This document shows positions 26,138-38,346 of a DNA stretch of 64,000 nucleotides, piece by piece. Source of the DNA: Camelus ferus (lineage: Eukaryota). A program made the position numbers and the translations under genes. The notes beneath the pieces are model-generated. The model saw only the letters and a program-made list of their open reading frames with translations, searched no databases and was not told the origin of the DNA. The stretch is from positions 55,490,001 through 55,554,000 of the forward strand of contig NC_045705.1 in assembly GCF_009834535.1 (NCBI RefSeq), in the 5' to 3' direction. Position 1 is the first letter of the stretch. Each line of letters starts with the position of its first letter.

Positions 26138-26724
26138 TCAGGAGCCTATCGAGCACAGAGTCATGGGGGCCTCACATTTCATAAGATTGAAATATGGATA
26201 CAGTTTCTGTGGAAAGGAACACGAAGAGAATTTATAGATGAGAGACCCGTTGTTTGTGACATTGAAAAATGAGACAGTGCGAGCATCATAGTCTAGGAAA
26301 ACCCCAATACGCCTGGGAGGAACACTCAGGGAGAGGGGTATCTTTAAGGGATCAGAGGAGGGAGACTGGGCAAAAGCATAATATTGATAATTCTGTAACC
26401 CTATAACACAGTAGCCACATTTAGGTTGATATTGCAAGCAAACAGGTTGATAATTTTCATGTTCTTGGGATAAAAGTCTCATACAATTTCTCTGTTGGTT
26501 TTCATCACATACCCCAAGGATCCAGGCACGTTTCTGTGACACATCTACCTCCCAGTAATGTTTTCCTCTTGTAATAAACGGGGAGCCTAGGACACCAGGG
26601 TCTTGATAATCACCATTCAGATATGCATTGGATTGTCCAAAAGTATGCACATAACTCATTCGTCTTCCATCCGCAGAAATGACAACATTTGATTTACGCT
26701 TTGGAGGAATCAGGGTCACGGGAA
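26138..26724 (-). CDS. TRIM5: TRIM5-like A exon 8 (B30.2/PRYSPRY)
   Basis: ttttcaacag/TT; [26 protein letters not shown]...PMTLCS motifs. Confidence 0.95.
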
Positions 26725-29700
26725 CTGTTGAAAAATAACAGCACTGAGTGAGGGATACGATGTAGTTTTATTTGTGATGTCGTGGAAGGGATCTTTAGAA
26801 GAACTTTAAGGGAAAGAAAATATGTTTGTGTTTGTGTATGCTGGGAGGGGAGACATGGGTCTTAAAACAGGAGACCTACTAGAAAATGAAAGACTCTAAA
26901 AGTTGATGAAAAGAGGGTGGTTTGATGACAGTGTGATTTCTCCTTACCCCAGTAGCGTTGCACGTCTCTCAGCTCTGAAATGATAAAAATCATAATATTA
27001 AATGTAATCAAAGGAATTAGGACTGAAATATATTTTCTCCCAGTTTAGGGGAAGGACTGTTGTGAAGTAGAAAACTGGCAAAAGAGAGAATGATCCAGAC
27101 AGCCTGGTCACACCCCATTAAATACCACCATATCGTCAGCACATAGCATCTGGCCTCCAATGTCTCTATCCACCCTTAGAAATTGGAGCCGCTTCCTCAT
27201 TTTCTGCAGCCATCACAACAATCCCACAGACACCCACATCGGGAAAAACTCCTCACCATCAAACACTCTGAAAATCAGTCTCAGATCAGGAGCTCGAAAC
27301 ACTCTCCTTTGTTCCTTGGAAAAGGTTTTTGGCTTCTTCAGAGTCAAGGTCTCACTCCTAGGGAAGACAAAAATTGACCCCCACACCTCGGACACTTCAC
27401 CCCTCGAAAAACACTAACTTGAAAAATTTTCCACCCATTGATTCACCTTGAACTGTTTTCCCTGGAGACCCTGGGAAAGTAAAGAGTGGATGCCTGACCT
27501 TGGAGCCAGAACAAATGTGCTCATGTCAGCTTTCCCAGTTACTCTCTGTGTGACCTGAGAAAGTTTTGACCTCTCATAAGCATTGTTTCTTCCTTTCAAA
27601 ATGAAATCATTAACCTCTCCCTCACTACCTCCTAGAAATCATAGGAAATATTACATTAAGAAAACAAAACTTTGGTACCATAAAAAATTGCTTTGTGGAA
27701 AAGTCACTGCATGGATATGGGTTCCCTGGAAGACATAAAGTGAGCTTGTGAACCTGCCTCCTGGGAGTTTGAGATGTATCATGTATGAGAATATTGTCCA
27801 GAGTGTCCCCAAAATTTCAAAGGCTGCTCCCCAACAGGAGACCCTCAGAATAACTTGAGATTTCAGGTTCTCTGGGAACAACTAAAAACCCTAGGGAAAT
27901 AAGACATCATGAATACTAAACCAACAGAGGTCTGAATTTCATGTGTTTGTGAAGAGTTTCATGCTGCCACGTAGGGGTGCAAATTCAGACATAAAGATGC
28001 CACCTTTTCATTCTGGCTTCTAGAGTATGTGACCAAATTGGATCAAATGTTTGTGTCAGGGCCAAAATATTCCTGGAGATTTAAGTCTATTTTGGGGAAT
28101 TTAAACAGAATAATATGTAAGAAGCTGGTCTCTACTACACCCAGGGCAGAAATTCAAATATAAAGGAGTTTTCTCTAGTTCTGGATGCTTGACAGATAAA
28201 GAAGATCTGACCTTCCCATGACAAGTCAAACACCTGTTAAATATGAGAATCCGAGTTAGATAATGACACACAGTGTGAATTAAACATTTGAAGTCACAGG
28301 TGTCTGATATTCGAAATTGTTATCCCTAATACTACTACAGACCCAAACTCTGCAAATTCCCATGACCAAAACTATCTACTATGGAATCTAGTCCACTCTC
28401 AGTATTTATAGAACAATCTAGCTATGATTTGTGAACAGAAATTTAAGATAAATGTGCATCCCATTTTTTCTTCCCTGAACATTATTTTACTCGAATTGGC
28501 CACCAGATAACTCCAATGGCTTTCTATTATTTCACAGCCCAAAAGGACCATGTCTGGTCTCCCACACATACCTTTTTATGATGCCATGCACATCCTAGTG
28601 AGAAAAGAGAAAACACGAGTCAAGAACCAAGAAGTTCCCCTACTTACAAAGCTTCTTCACGTCCCCACCATTCCCTATGGGAACAGAGATGGTCTCAGTG
28701 TGAGAGCCGGAAAGTAAAGATGAGAGTGAGGTCAGTCATGACAGAGACTCATGTGATGTTGTCAGGTTCCCAAAAAGGTGAAAAATGCTTTGTCCATAAC
28801 GAAACAAGAGCATGAAACTTCCATATCAGGAGATGAGACATGTTTATGAGAAAAACAAGAGGCCTGTAAATTTGATGACCCAGGAGTTGATTTGAATACT
28901 TCATGAGATGATTTAAATGCTGTCATTTATTCACTAAAACTGTGAAATGATGGACTGTTATTTATCAAAGCTTTGGAGTATCAAAGTTGAATACATAATC
29001 CTAATCTCTCCTGAACTATTTATAAGGCTTTTGTTGAGGGTACAAGTAAACAAATGTATTCATGCAGGTATTTTTGAGGTCTCTCTCTTCTCAATTTATG
29101 CATTGTTAATGACCCCTTCCTCTCTCTTAAATTCAGCATGCACATATGTGCAGTTCATTTCCAACTCTTTATTTTTATTCAATTTTGTCTCTTAAATGCA
29201 TATTATTATATTCAGTAGTGAAACAGCCACAGGAATCAGTGACGTAGAATGTCTAATATGTTAGTTATCATTCACTGAACAAATTGTTTCCTCTCTTGTA
29301 CCCCATTTTCATCATGTTCTCAATATCCACTCACTGCCCTAAAAACTGCAGAATTTATCTGCATTTTGGTCCTCTACTGAGTCAGTTTAGTCCAGATCCT
29401 TTAGAGTTTTTAGCCATCTAACCTTCTTAATCATGACAGATATTGTTTTGTTTGTCTGAACATATATGTACCACTATATTTGATCTCTTTTACTGAAGAC
29501 TTACTTCATTCATGTCACCAAAAAGTAGGACCATAGCTGGGTTTAGGAAAAAAATTCTTTCTGTATTAGGGCTCCTTTGTTGTACAAGACAAAACTCAAA
29601 TAAATATAGAATAAGCAGAGAAATGATAAATGTTTCTGGGGGAGAGCTACAACTTTACTCAAACTTTAATTATGAAGCTCAAACTTTGTCATCAGAATCA

Positions 29701-31155
29701 GGTCTCTATCTTTCTCCAGTTTTGTTTATTCCACTTATATTAGCTTTATTCTCAGCTCGTGAAGGATACATGAATCTCCTCATATAAACTCTAGAAGAAA
29801 AAAGAGCTTCTCCTCCCAGTTACAACAAAAAAATCTGCACACCTGCAGGCACAAGCCTACACAGGGTGAGCAGCCCATGTGAAAAACATCCCTGCGTTGT
29901 TTTCGAAAGGAAATGAAGTAGTGCTGAAGGAAGTTTCCATTTTTACTGGAAATAGCTTAGTGTGGTCAGAAGTAGCCCGTGATAGGGTAGGAGACATATT
30001 GTAATCACTCAAGCAACCACTAGGAAAAAAGCTTAAAAAAATACAGTGAGGAAATAGGACAACTTAAAATGTATACTTGAAAAATTTGTTTAACACAGAA
30101 GAAGCTAGTTAAGGAGAAGGAGAAGAATGAACACTGGAGTAGCCGTATAGAATGCAAATAGCAAAATGGTCAGTTTAATCACAGCCATGTCAGTAACTGC
30201 ATTAAATGTCATGCATTAGTACCACAAGTGAAAGGCAGAGATGGTAGGGCTGGATAAAAAGCAAAGTTCAACTATTGCTATCTATAAGGGACCTATTTTA
30301 GATTCAAAGACACAAAAAGGGCAAAAGTAAAAAGACAGAAAAATATACATCATGCAAGCAATAATCAGGAGATAGGTCAAGTGCTTATATAAATAGTAGA
30401 CAAAATAGACTTTAAGACAATAAGTATTATGTGAGAGTGAGAGAGAAATTTTATAATGGCAAAAGGTTCAGTATATCAAAAAGTTATAATGATTATAAGC
30501 GTATATGCACCTAACAGCAGAGCTTCAAAGAACACAAAGTAAAATTAAAAGGGGAAATAGATGATTCAACAATAGTTACACATTTCAAAATCTCACTCTT
30601 AACAATGAGAGACTAGCTTATACGGAAACCATCAAATTTATAGACGACATGGACGATACTATCAACCATCCTGACCAAACTAACAGCTATAGACCATTTT
30701 ACCCAATAATTGTGAATGCACAATCTTTTCAAATCTATATAGAAAATTTTCCTGAACATAAAGTTCTTAAGCCATAAACAAGTATCAATGAACCTAAAAG
30801 TTTTAAAGTACAAAAATATATATGCTCTCTGATTACAGCAGAATTAAATTTGAAATCCACAGCAGAAGTAAAACTCATAAGTCACCAAGTATTTTCTAAT
30901 TAACAACACACTTTAAAATATCCAAGGTTTAACAAAGCAAAACAAAACAAAACAGAAAACTGCAAAGGAAATCTGAGAAGGTGAAATTCAATGAAAATTA
31001 AAACTAAACAATCAAAATGTGAGGAATACAAGTAAGGTCATGCACTTATATCATTAAACACTGTATCACAAGAGATGAAGCCATCTAAGCCATCAGCGAT
31101 CTAAGTTCCCACCTCAGGAAACTAAGGAACTGCATATTAAACCAGCACACACACA

Positions 31156-31209
<54 letters not shown>

Positions 31210-34020
31210 GTATATACACACATAAAGAAAACAAATCTGACAGCAGATATTAATGAATAAGAAAACATTAAAACAAAGTAAATAAAACAAGTTTGTTTTT
31301 GAAAACAATCAATGAATTGACAAAACATAAATAAACTGACCACGAAAGAAGTGAAACAGAAAATCACCAAACTCAGGAATAAAAGAGAGGACACTACTGT
31401 GAATAATATATAAATTAACGGGATAATAAAGGATTATTATAATGAACTTTATGCCTACAAATAAGAAAACTGAAAATAGACAATTGCCTACAAAGACGTA
31501 CAAAAACTGACTCAATGACTATGAAAAATAGAAATAATCCTAATACAGGTAAAATAGTTTAAAGCTTTCCTATAAGAAAAAGCCAGAGTGAGATGGCTTC
31601 ACTAATGAATTCCATTAATATTTAAAGAATAAATAACAGTCCTTCAAAAATTATCTCCAGAAATAGAGAAAGAGAAAGAAAATATCAACACATTAAGGGA
31701 AAGAAAAAACATCTTGCAATCAGAAGTGCATTTGTTCGTGACTAAGCTGCGTCATGAAGAGCTATCTGACAAATGCTTAACACTGGATCACAGATAACAG
31801 GGGCCTCTAGCAAATCACTGAAGACAGTGAATCTTCTCTCCACAGTCACATTTTTGCACTGAACATGGTACATTAAAAAATAAAAATTCCTCTTGTTATT
31901 CCTGAATTCAATTCATTCATTCAGATATTCTTATATCCTCCAGACGAGATGCAGGGAAGGGGCACAGCAGGGCCAAAGTAACCTTGGTGACAACACCAGA
32001 AAGAACACAACAATACAGAAGAGATGGAAACCTAGGCTTCATTTGTCTCAGCTCTCACATGCTGAGGCTACTTCCCCAGGCTTACCTGCAGCATCTCCAC
32101 CATTGACCGTTGCAAACATTGTTCCAGATCTGAGATGAGGTCTCTCACCAACTGGCTCTGCTGGACCACCTCATTCTCAGAGTCTGCCAGGTTACGCAGA
32201 ATACCTCCTACATCATCCTTCAGCTTTTGAAGTTCCTTCTGCTCCTCATTGTTCAGGATAGCTCTCAGTTCTTTAAACTCTGCCTGGACATTTTGTCTCT
32301 CATTTTCCATTTGATGCTTCAGGAATGAAAGAGAGAGAGAGGAATTAGAACTCTCAGGCTGACACTGGGAACCAGAAAAAGACCTACGTACTCAGGAAGT
32401 TCCCACAGGGAGGTGAGATAGAAGGAGGAAAAAAGTTCCTGGGGAAGCTGGTTATTGTCCATCACTTTTTCACCATCACATTCCAAATTAATGGCCCCAA
32501 GTCTGCATTACTTAGGCCCCGCTGAGCCAAAATAGGATCCCTGTGGGTGCTAGGCTTCACATGTGTCCAGGATGCTCGTGCCTCCCTGAATTACTCCCGA
32601 TCCCTCCCACAATCCTCTGCCAAAAGTGGAATACTGAGGACAGAATATTCCGCCATTGCCATTTGACATGAACGGAACATGAAATTCACGCGTCATCCTC
32701 AGCAGAGAGCCCTGCACACGAATACCTCCCTTGGGGTGGCGGTGTTCACTGGGGGTACGTGCGTTTCTCAGCCCTCAGCCCTATCAGGGGAAGGATGAAC
32801 AAACGGACCAATGAAAGGACTTGACTGTCAGGGAACAAAGAGGAAGCTATCTCCTTGAGACTAACATCAAGGTCCTGCCCAGATACCTGTCTAACTCCCT
32901 CAGGAAGTGTCTCCACCTACCTTCCAGGCAGTGATCTCTTCTCTAACTTCCATCTCAAAGTTCTCAGCTTCCCGCTGCTCCTCCCTCAGCCTCTTCAGAA
33001 TTGCCTGGAGTTTCCCCTGTGAGAAAAGAAGCACACCAGAGTCAAGCTCTGGGCTTGCTCAGCATCACTGCAGAGGATAAACGGGGGAGAAATGGTCGGG
33101 TTTCCAGACAATGGAATCCATAGAAATGAGCAATTAGAATCTATGACTTGGGAAAAACCATGAAGTAGTGAATGTGTTCTTAAGACTCAAGAGATAGAAG
33201 ACCCAACATCTCACCGACAGAGGACTGATTCTCTTTGTCCTAGAAGAACCCGGATCCTATAGCAAGGGAACGACTTCCACCTTAGCTCACCCAGCGTCCT
33301 AGTTAGCCTCTTATTCGGAGTGATAATGAGAGCTTCTCTCTGGCACCAGGTCCCCACCATCCAGCACAAAGTGCGTAAGTATCTACTTCTACCTGAAAGG
33401 CTGTGTGCAGGGTTATTATTTTGTAATTGGGTGGAATACACAGACATGTCCATCGACACCAGAAGGTACACACTGGAAGAGAAGAGGCCACAGGCTTTGG
33501 GTCTGTGGTGACCAGGTAAATAAAGCCCATTGCCAAGTGGACGTTTCCCCTCAAGTACCGTTTTCTGCCCTGTCTTCCCTCCATTCTGGTCTGTTACCTG
33601 GTACTCCTGGGCAACCTCCTCCAAGAGGCACGTGCGGTGACCACGGTGCTCCTGGGACCGCTCGCAAAGCCAGCAAATGACCTTCCCATCCTCCTTACAG
33701 AAGAGCAGGAGTTTCTCTCCGTGGCGCGCACAGAGATTTTCCTTCTGCTCCACCTCTGGGCTCAGCCTGACCTCCCTGAGCCTCTCCACTATGTTGGACA
33801 CAAGCTGGTTACGCCGCAGGTTCTCAGGCTGGTAACTGACTCGGCACACAGGGCAGCTGCTCTCCCCTTCTTGGCCAGTCCTGGACTCCTTGTTGTTCGC
33901 AGTGATGCAGGCTTGGCAGAACGTGTGGCCACAGTGAAGGCTCCAGGGTTCTGTCAGAAGCTCCAGGCAAATGGGGCAGGTCACCTCCTCCTGTATGTTC
34001 ACCAGGATTCCTGACGCCAT
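26138..34020 (-). CDS. TRIM5: TRIM5-like gene copy A, intact TRIM5alpha-type, 495 aa (spliced)
   Basis: Coding exons 34020-33598, 33016-32921, 32316-32086, 28594-28572, 27357-27257, 26974-26948, 26724-26138 (423+96+231+23+101+27+587=1488 nt). All introns are GT-AG, phases are compatible, and exon sizes match TRIM5 architecture. N-terminus is [18 protein letters not shown]. Confidence 0.92.
26948..26974 (-). CDS. TRIM5: TRIM5-like A exon 7 (27 nt)
   Basis: catttcag/AGCTGAGAGACGTGCAACGCTACTGGG/gtaagg; ELRDVQRYW. Confidence 0.9.
27257..27357 (-). CDS. TRIM5: TRIM5-like A exon 6 (linker 2, 101 nt)
   Basis: cttccctag/G...GATG/gtgagg; [33 protein letters not shown]. Confidence 0.92.
28572..28594 (-). 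CDS. TRIM5: TRIM5-like A exon 5 (23 nt)
   Basis: ttttctcactag/GATGTGCATGGCATCATAAAAAG/gtatgt; DVHGIIK(R). Confidence 0.9.
29995..31660 (+). mobile_element. Old L1 ORF2 endonuclease-region fragment in TRIM5-A intron 4 (duplicate at ~48530-50200)
   Basis: Degenerate EN-domain motifs (aaatagactttaagacaa; tatgcacctaacagcagagcttcaaa); ends approximate. Confidence 0.7.
32086..32316 (-). CDS. TRIM5: TRIM5-like A exon 4 (coiled-coil, 231 nt)
   Basis: cctgaag/CAT...CTGCAG/gtaagc; [10 protein letters not shown]...RSMVEMLQ. Confidence 0.93.
32921..33016 (-). CDS. TRIM5: TRIM5-like A exon 3 (coiled-coil, 96 nt)
   Basis: ttctcacag/GGG...TGGAAG/gtaggt; [32 protein letters not shown]. Confidence 0.93.
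33598..34020 (-). CDS. TRIM5: TRIM5-like A exon 2 (RING + B-box 2)
   Basis: ATG at 34020 in good Kozak context (ggctggcATGG). C3HC4 RING and B-box ligands intact. Donor CAG/GTAACA; acceptor cacgcag/GGATCT at 34081. Confidence 0.95.
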
Positions 34021-34402
34021 GCCAGCCACTCCCCTGTTTCCACCCGTCCTGATTTCTAAGGCTTCTCGTACTCACAGATCCCTGCGTGATTGGCAATATT
34101 GAAAGGCAACAGAGAAAGGTACAAAGAAAGTGATACTAATTGTGTAGAAATCAAAGATGCTTGAAGACCAAATTATTGAAGGCCAAAACAAACAAACAAA
34201 CAAAGAAACAGAGAGAAAAAAGAAAGGAGCTGGCTGACCTGTTAAAAAGGACATTTCATAATAATTTTAAACACTTTGCTCTCAGTTCATGATTCTTATT
34301 ATTTAATTTTACCAAACAAAAGTATGATCTGATATTTTTCTACCAAGATCCACGTATGAGCCTGGAATTCTGTCAAGGAGATTGATAGGAGACTAAGCCT
34401 GT

Positions 34403-34451
<49 letters not shown>

Positions 34452-35391
34452 CGTGTGTGTATATAAGTATAAGGATGGATGGGATGGAGATGGTACAGGT
34501 ATACTCATAGGATCACAGAAGTCAGATACCTAAAAACATAGAAACACACATGAAATGAATGTCAGCCCTGAGAAAAATCCACAAAGTACTAGGCAAAATC
34601 CTTCAGCTAATTTTCCTTGATGGTGACTTACACGCTAGCAACTGGCCTAACAGCCATAATCAGAAAGATGAGTCTAAACAGAGGATTTTAGTCACTATGA
34701 ACTGGAAATTCACTTGGAAGGTAATGGCAAATTAAAATTCAGCCACATATCCATATATGTAGATGTGAAAAAGCAGACGTGAAAACTACTAGAGATGCAT
34801 GTTGTTCAGAAATCAAATAATGGGGGACAATAAGGGATTGTCCAAGAATTCCAAGTTGTAAACACAAGGGTTAAACTGAAACCTCAAGCAGATGAAGGAA
34901 ACGTGGCATGAGAGAGAGGAAAAATGCATTAGGGAGAGGAAATGAGCTGTTCCTGGAACACAGAGCATCTTTTCTGAGGTTGCAAATGTCCGTGTGGCTG
35001 GTGAGCAGAAAAGTGCTGGCCTTTGGTCTCACAAGAGCTACAATGACATAAATGTGACACTTCCTAAATTACATAACATTTAGGGACCCATTTCCAAGAG
35101 GAAGGACAATGACCCATGTTTCCCCATCAGAGAAGAGGTGCCTGGAGCTGTGAGCTGTCACATGGACCCAGCGTGGACCTGGGAGGTTCAGGTGGGATGC
35201 CTGCATAGGGGCTCCGGGGAGAGATGATGAGGGGCCGGGTGCTGAAGACAATGGAGGCAGCAGATGGGAGTGAGCGCAGGAGGAGGGAACATGCAGGATT
35301 GGGGACTGGCTTAGACATGTGGAACAAAGGACTAACATGAGGCCTGGGGTCTTTGTTGCTTTACAGACAATGTTGGCTTACTCTTCTCCTA

Positions 35392-35438
<47 letters not shown>

Positions 35439-38101
35439 TGCGTGTGGTTTTTCTGGGAAACCTCCTGGGTTACAACAAAGTGGAGGTTGGCAGGCTTTCA
35501 AGGTCACATTATTGACAGGAAAACTATCGTGACATATAAAGTGCGTTTGGTTAGGAAGGCTTTATACAGAGCTGAAATGCCAAGGGTAAGCATAGGTTCC
35601 GTATTCACAGGGGGCTGTGACTGGTATGTTCAGATATGTCTCTTTTAGTTCCTTGGAAGCTGCTGCTCATAACCTTTACAAGGTAAGCAGATAAGCCACA
35701 GGGTTATGTCCCCTGGGGTAGTTTCACACACATATTCACCTAGTCTGGTTCCTTAAACAGCCGAGATAATGGGGATAATGTACCTCCTGGACCACTGTAA
35801 GGGCCACCTCCAAGAGCGCACCTGAGCCAGCCATCCAGTGCTGTGTCCCCTGTCCTGAAACTCCCAGCTAAGCTAAGTGAACCTGGTAGTTTATGTCCTA
35901 TGAGGCTGTGTGCGTGGCATGGGTGGTCCAGTCTGGAAGCCACTCCTGGTGGTCAGTCAGAGGGAGCATCGCAGAGTGGTAGCAGAGTGATGCTCCTTCT
36001 TCAACCTGGACTCAGCATGGCCCGGTGCTCGTAGTCCAGGCTCGGGAGTTCTGTAGCTACTCTAGGCAAATGGGGCCGTGAAGCAATAAACGTGTCTTGA
36101 TGGTTGTCAACGTTTGATGGGAAAAGAAAGACCGCCAGTATGAAACAAACAATAAGTTTCCCTTTACTCAGCAAAAGGGAGGGAGAAGCTACAAAGCTGC
36201 CCAGAGATAAATGTACACCTGCTGAAACTCCACACTTACGCCATGTTCCTCACGCATGAAGAACACTTGATACAGAAGGAGGCTGCAGGTGAACTGTAAA
36301 TGCAATGCAGATGAAGGTACAGACGCTGAAAATAGCCTAGAGGCCGTCTGCAGTTTGCCAAAGGTGGCAAAGATCTAGCTAATGAGTAACAAGATGAGAG
36401 GTGACGTTGTATCAGTTCATGACTCATGCTGTTGTCCAAATATTGTGGTGGGGCCTCTGTCTATTTCTCATACCTTTCAGGATCCAACCAATGCTGAGAT
36501 GAGTCAAGAACCTACAGAGGAGGGAGAGCAGAGTCTGGATTCTGCCATGGGGTTGCAGAATTTATTTTCCCTGCAGGGCTCCAAGGAGCTACTGTCAAAG
36601 CAGCTGCAGCACAACACACACAGAAGGAACAGGTCCTCACACATGAAGGATGACCCCCCCACTACCTAAGCAGTGACCCAAGGGCTCCCCAGCAGTCAGG
36701 GAGGTGGACGTGGGAAAGAGAGTGGCATCTGCCTGATGAAACATCAGGTCATGTGGCTGCCATGGTGTCAGCTGACTGCACCTTACAAGTCGGTCTTCTG
36801 ACATCTGAGCTCATGAGATTGCAAACTCAATACATCCCAGCGGCAACACCTAAAGACAAGCTTAAAGGACATAAAAAGACAATTGTTATGTAAAAGTCCA
36901 GAAGTTAAGTTCATAGAAAGAACTTTCTTCTCTGGTCACTGCAGTAAAACAGGTTGTCTAATCATGATAAAGCCACAAGTCATGGATGGTATAAGGGAAA
37001 GCGTCACTGTTCCCAGATAGAATCAGAAAGGGAAGTCGTGCAACGTTTTACCTCCTAGGCAGTCATGTAACGGTGTTGCATATAAACTCCTGACAACACT
37101 AGTGAGATGAACGTGAAGCAGTGAAGTAACAAAGCAGCTGTAAGACCTGCAGTGATTGGCCTGACGAAAGTGCATGTGCGAGTTCAGCAGACAAGTGTCT
37201 AACACCGACTTATGCTGAGAAGGGGTCAAGGAATTCACAGCCGAGGGATCATGTCCAGAGTGAACCTTGATGAAGGAAGATTTGGTCAGATCAGGGGAAG
37301 GCGTGGTGAGAAGAGAGATTTGGCCGAGTTAGGTGGGCGCAGCTGTACTGCCCATAGGACGGAGGAGGGGGAGGAAACACAGAGGCTCCTCTCACATCCT
37401 TCCCTTTTGAGTCTCATGATGTTAAATTCTGTTTCTTCTGACATCTTTTTATATCATCAACCCCAGTCAAGTAACTCCTTTGTTTTATTAAAAGTTAGAA
37501 CAGACGTCCCTTCTGGACGTTCCTCCTACATGCCTCTCTTGCTCCAGACCTCTCAGCTGAGCTGTGTTTCCGGGTGACAGATATGGCTCAGGCAGAGGGG
37601 TGAGCAGGTTAGCGACTTAAGGAAGTGCAGTGGTTCCCTGGGTCTGGAGGAGAGGACACAGAGAGGCTCAGAGCCTGCCAGCTGTGACAGCACCAGGCTC
37701 CTGAGCACAGACAGGCCGAAGTCGTGAGAATTTCTCCGGAGTCAGGCAGAAACACTACACTGCTGCTCTGATAAGCGCTAAACTATTAGGACTCAAAGAC
37801 CCCTCTGCAATTGTCCTTGTTGAGGGAAAGGACATTCTAGCTCTGAAAAATCAAGTAATCTTGTGTCCTCAGCAAGATGCTTTCAAAATTATAAAATGGG
37901 GTGGAAGCGTGTGTAGATTCACCGTGGAGGAACAAACAGTCCCTCTAAGGAACAAGCAAAGCCTTTTACTTCTTCCAACCCTGCTTCTTCTAAGACTCCC
38001 CCTGCCCCAGTCTCATCTTCACTCTCAGCAGGAAGCCTGCAGGCCCAGCCTTTTCCCTCTTTAGAACAGCTTCCATAAAGCAAGTAAAACTCACCCAAAC
38101 A

Positions 38102-38114
38102 CTTTCAGTTTCTC
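38102..38114 (-). promoter_or_regulatory. ISRE/IRF-type motif near putative exon 1 of TRIM5-A
   Basis: CTTTCAGTTTCTC (GAGAAACTGAAAG) fits GAAANNGAAA. It lies ~4 kb upstream of exon 2, next to a GG/GTGAGT donor at 38095/38094. Confidence 0.5.
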
Positions 38115-38329
38115 CTTCTATGTCTTTCGAAACCAGCCCTTCACAAAACCTCGAGTATCTTCACTCTGCAGTGGAGAAGTTGTGATTCCTTAGGGAAGGG
38201 TGAAGACAGGGCCTGGGCACATGTGTCCTGCATTCACTCACCAAACCAGGGGCCTGATATTCACCAAGAAGATTCCCCTTAGAAGAAGCAGGAAGATGAA
38301 AGTTCAGTCTTGTGGGTGGAGTACAAGCA

Positions 38330-38346
38330 GGAAATGAGAAGTGAAG
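38330..38346 (+). promoter_or_regulatory. ETS/IRF-like element in the putative TRIM5 promoter (also at 56894-56910)
   Basis: GGAAATGAGAAGTGAAG, conserved in A and B inside an otherwise diverged island. Confidence 0.35.

Noticed and set aside
26725-26947. Possible TRIMCyp-type cyclophilin A retrocopy in intron 7 or the 3' region
   Set aside because: No cyclophilin-like sequence seen in intron 7 or downstream of either SPRY exon
33211-33597. C-terminal 128 aa of the 272-aa ORF (VTDQNGGK...), also at 51751-52137
   Set aside because: Read-through into intron 2 past a canonical donor; the MAG start is a GTG, not an ATG
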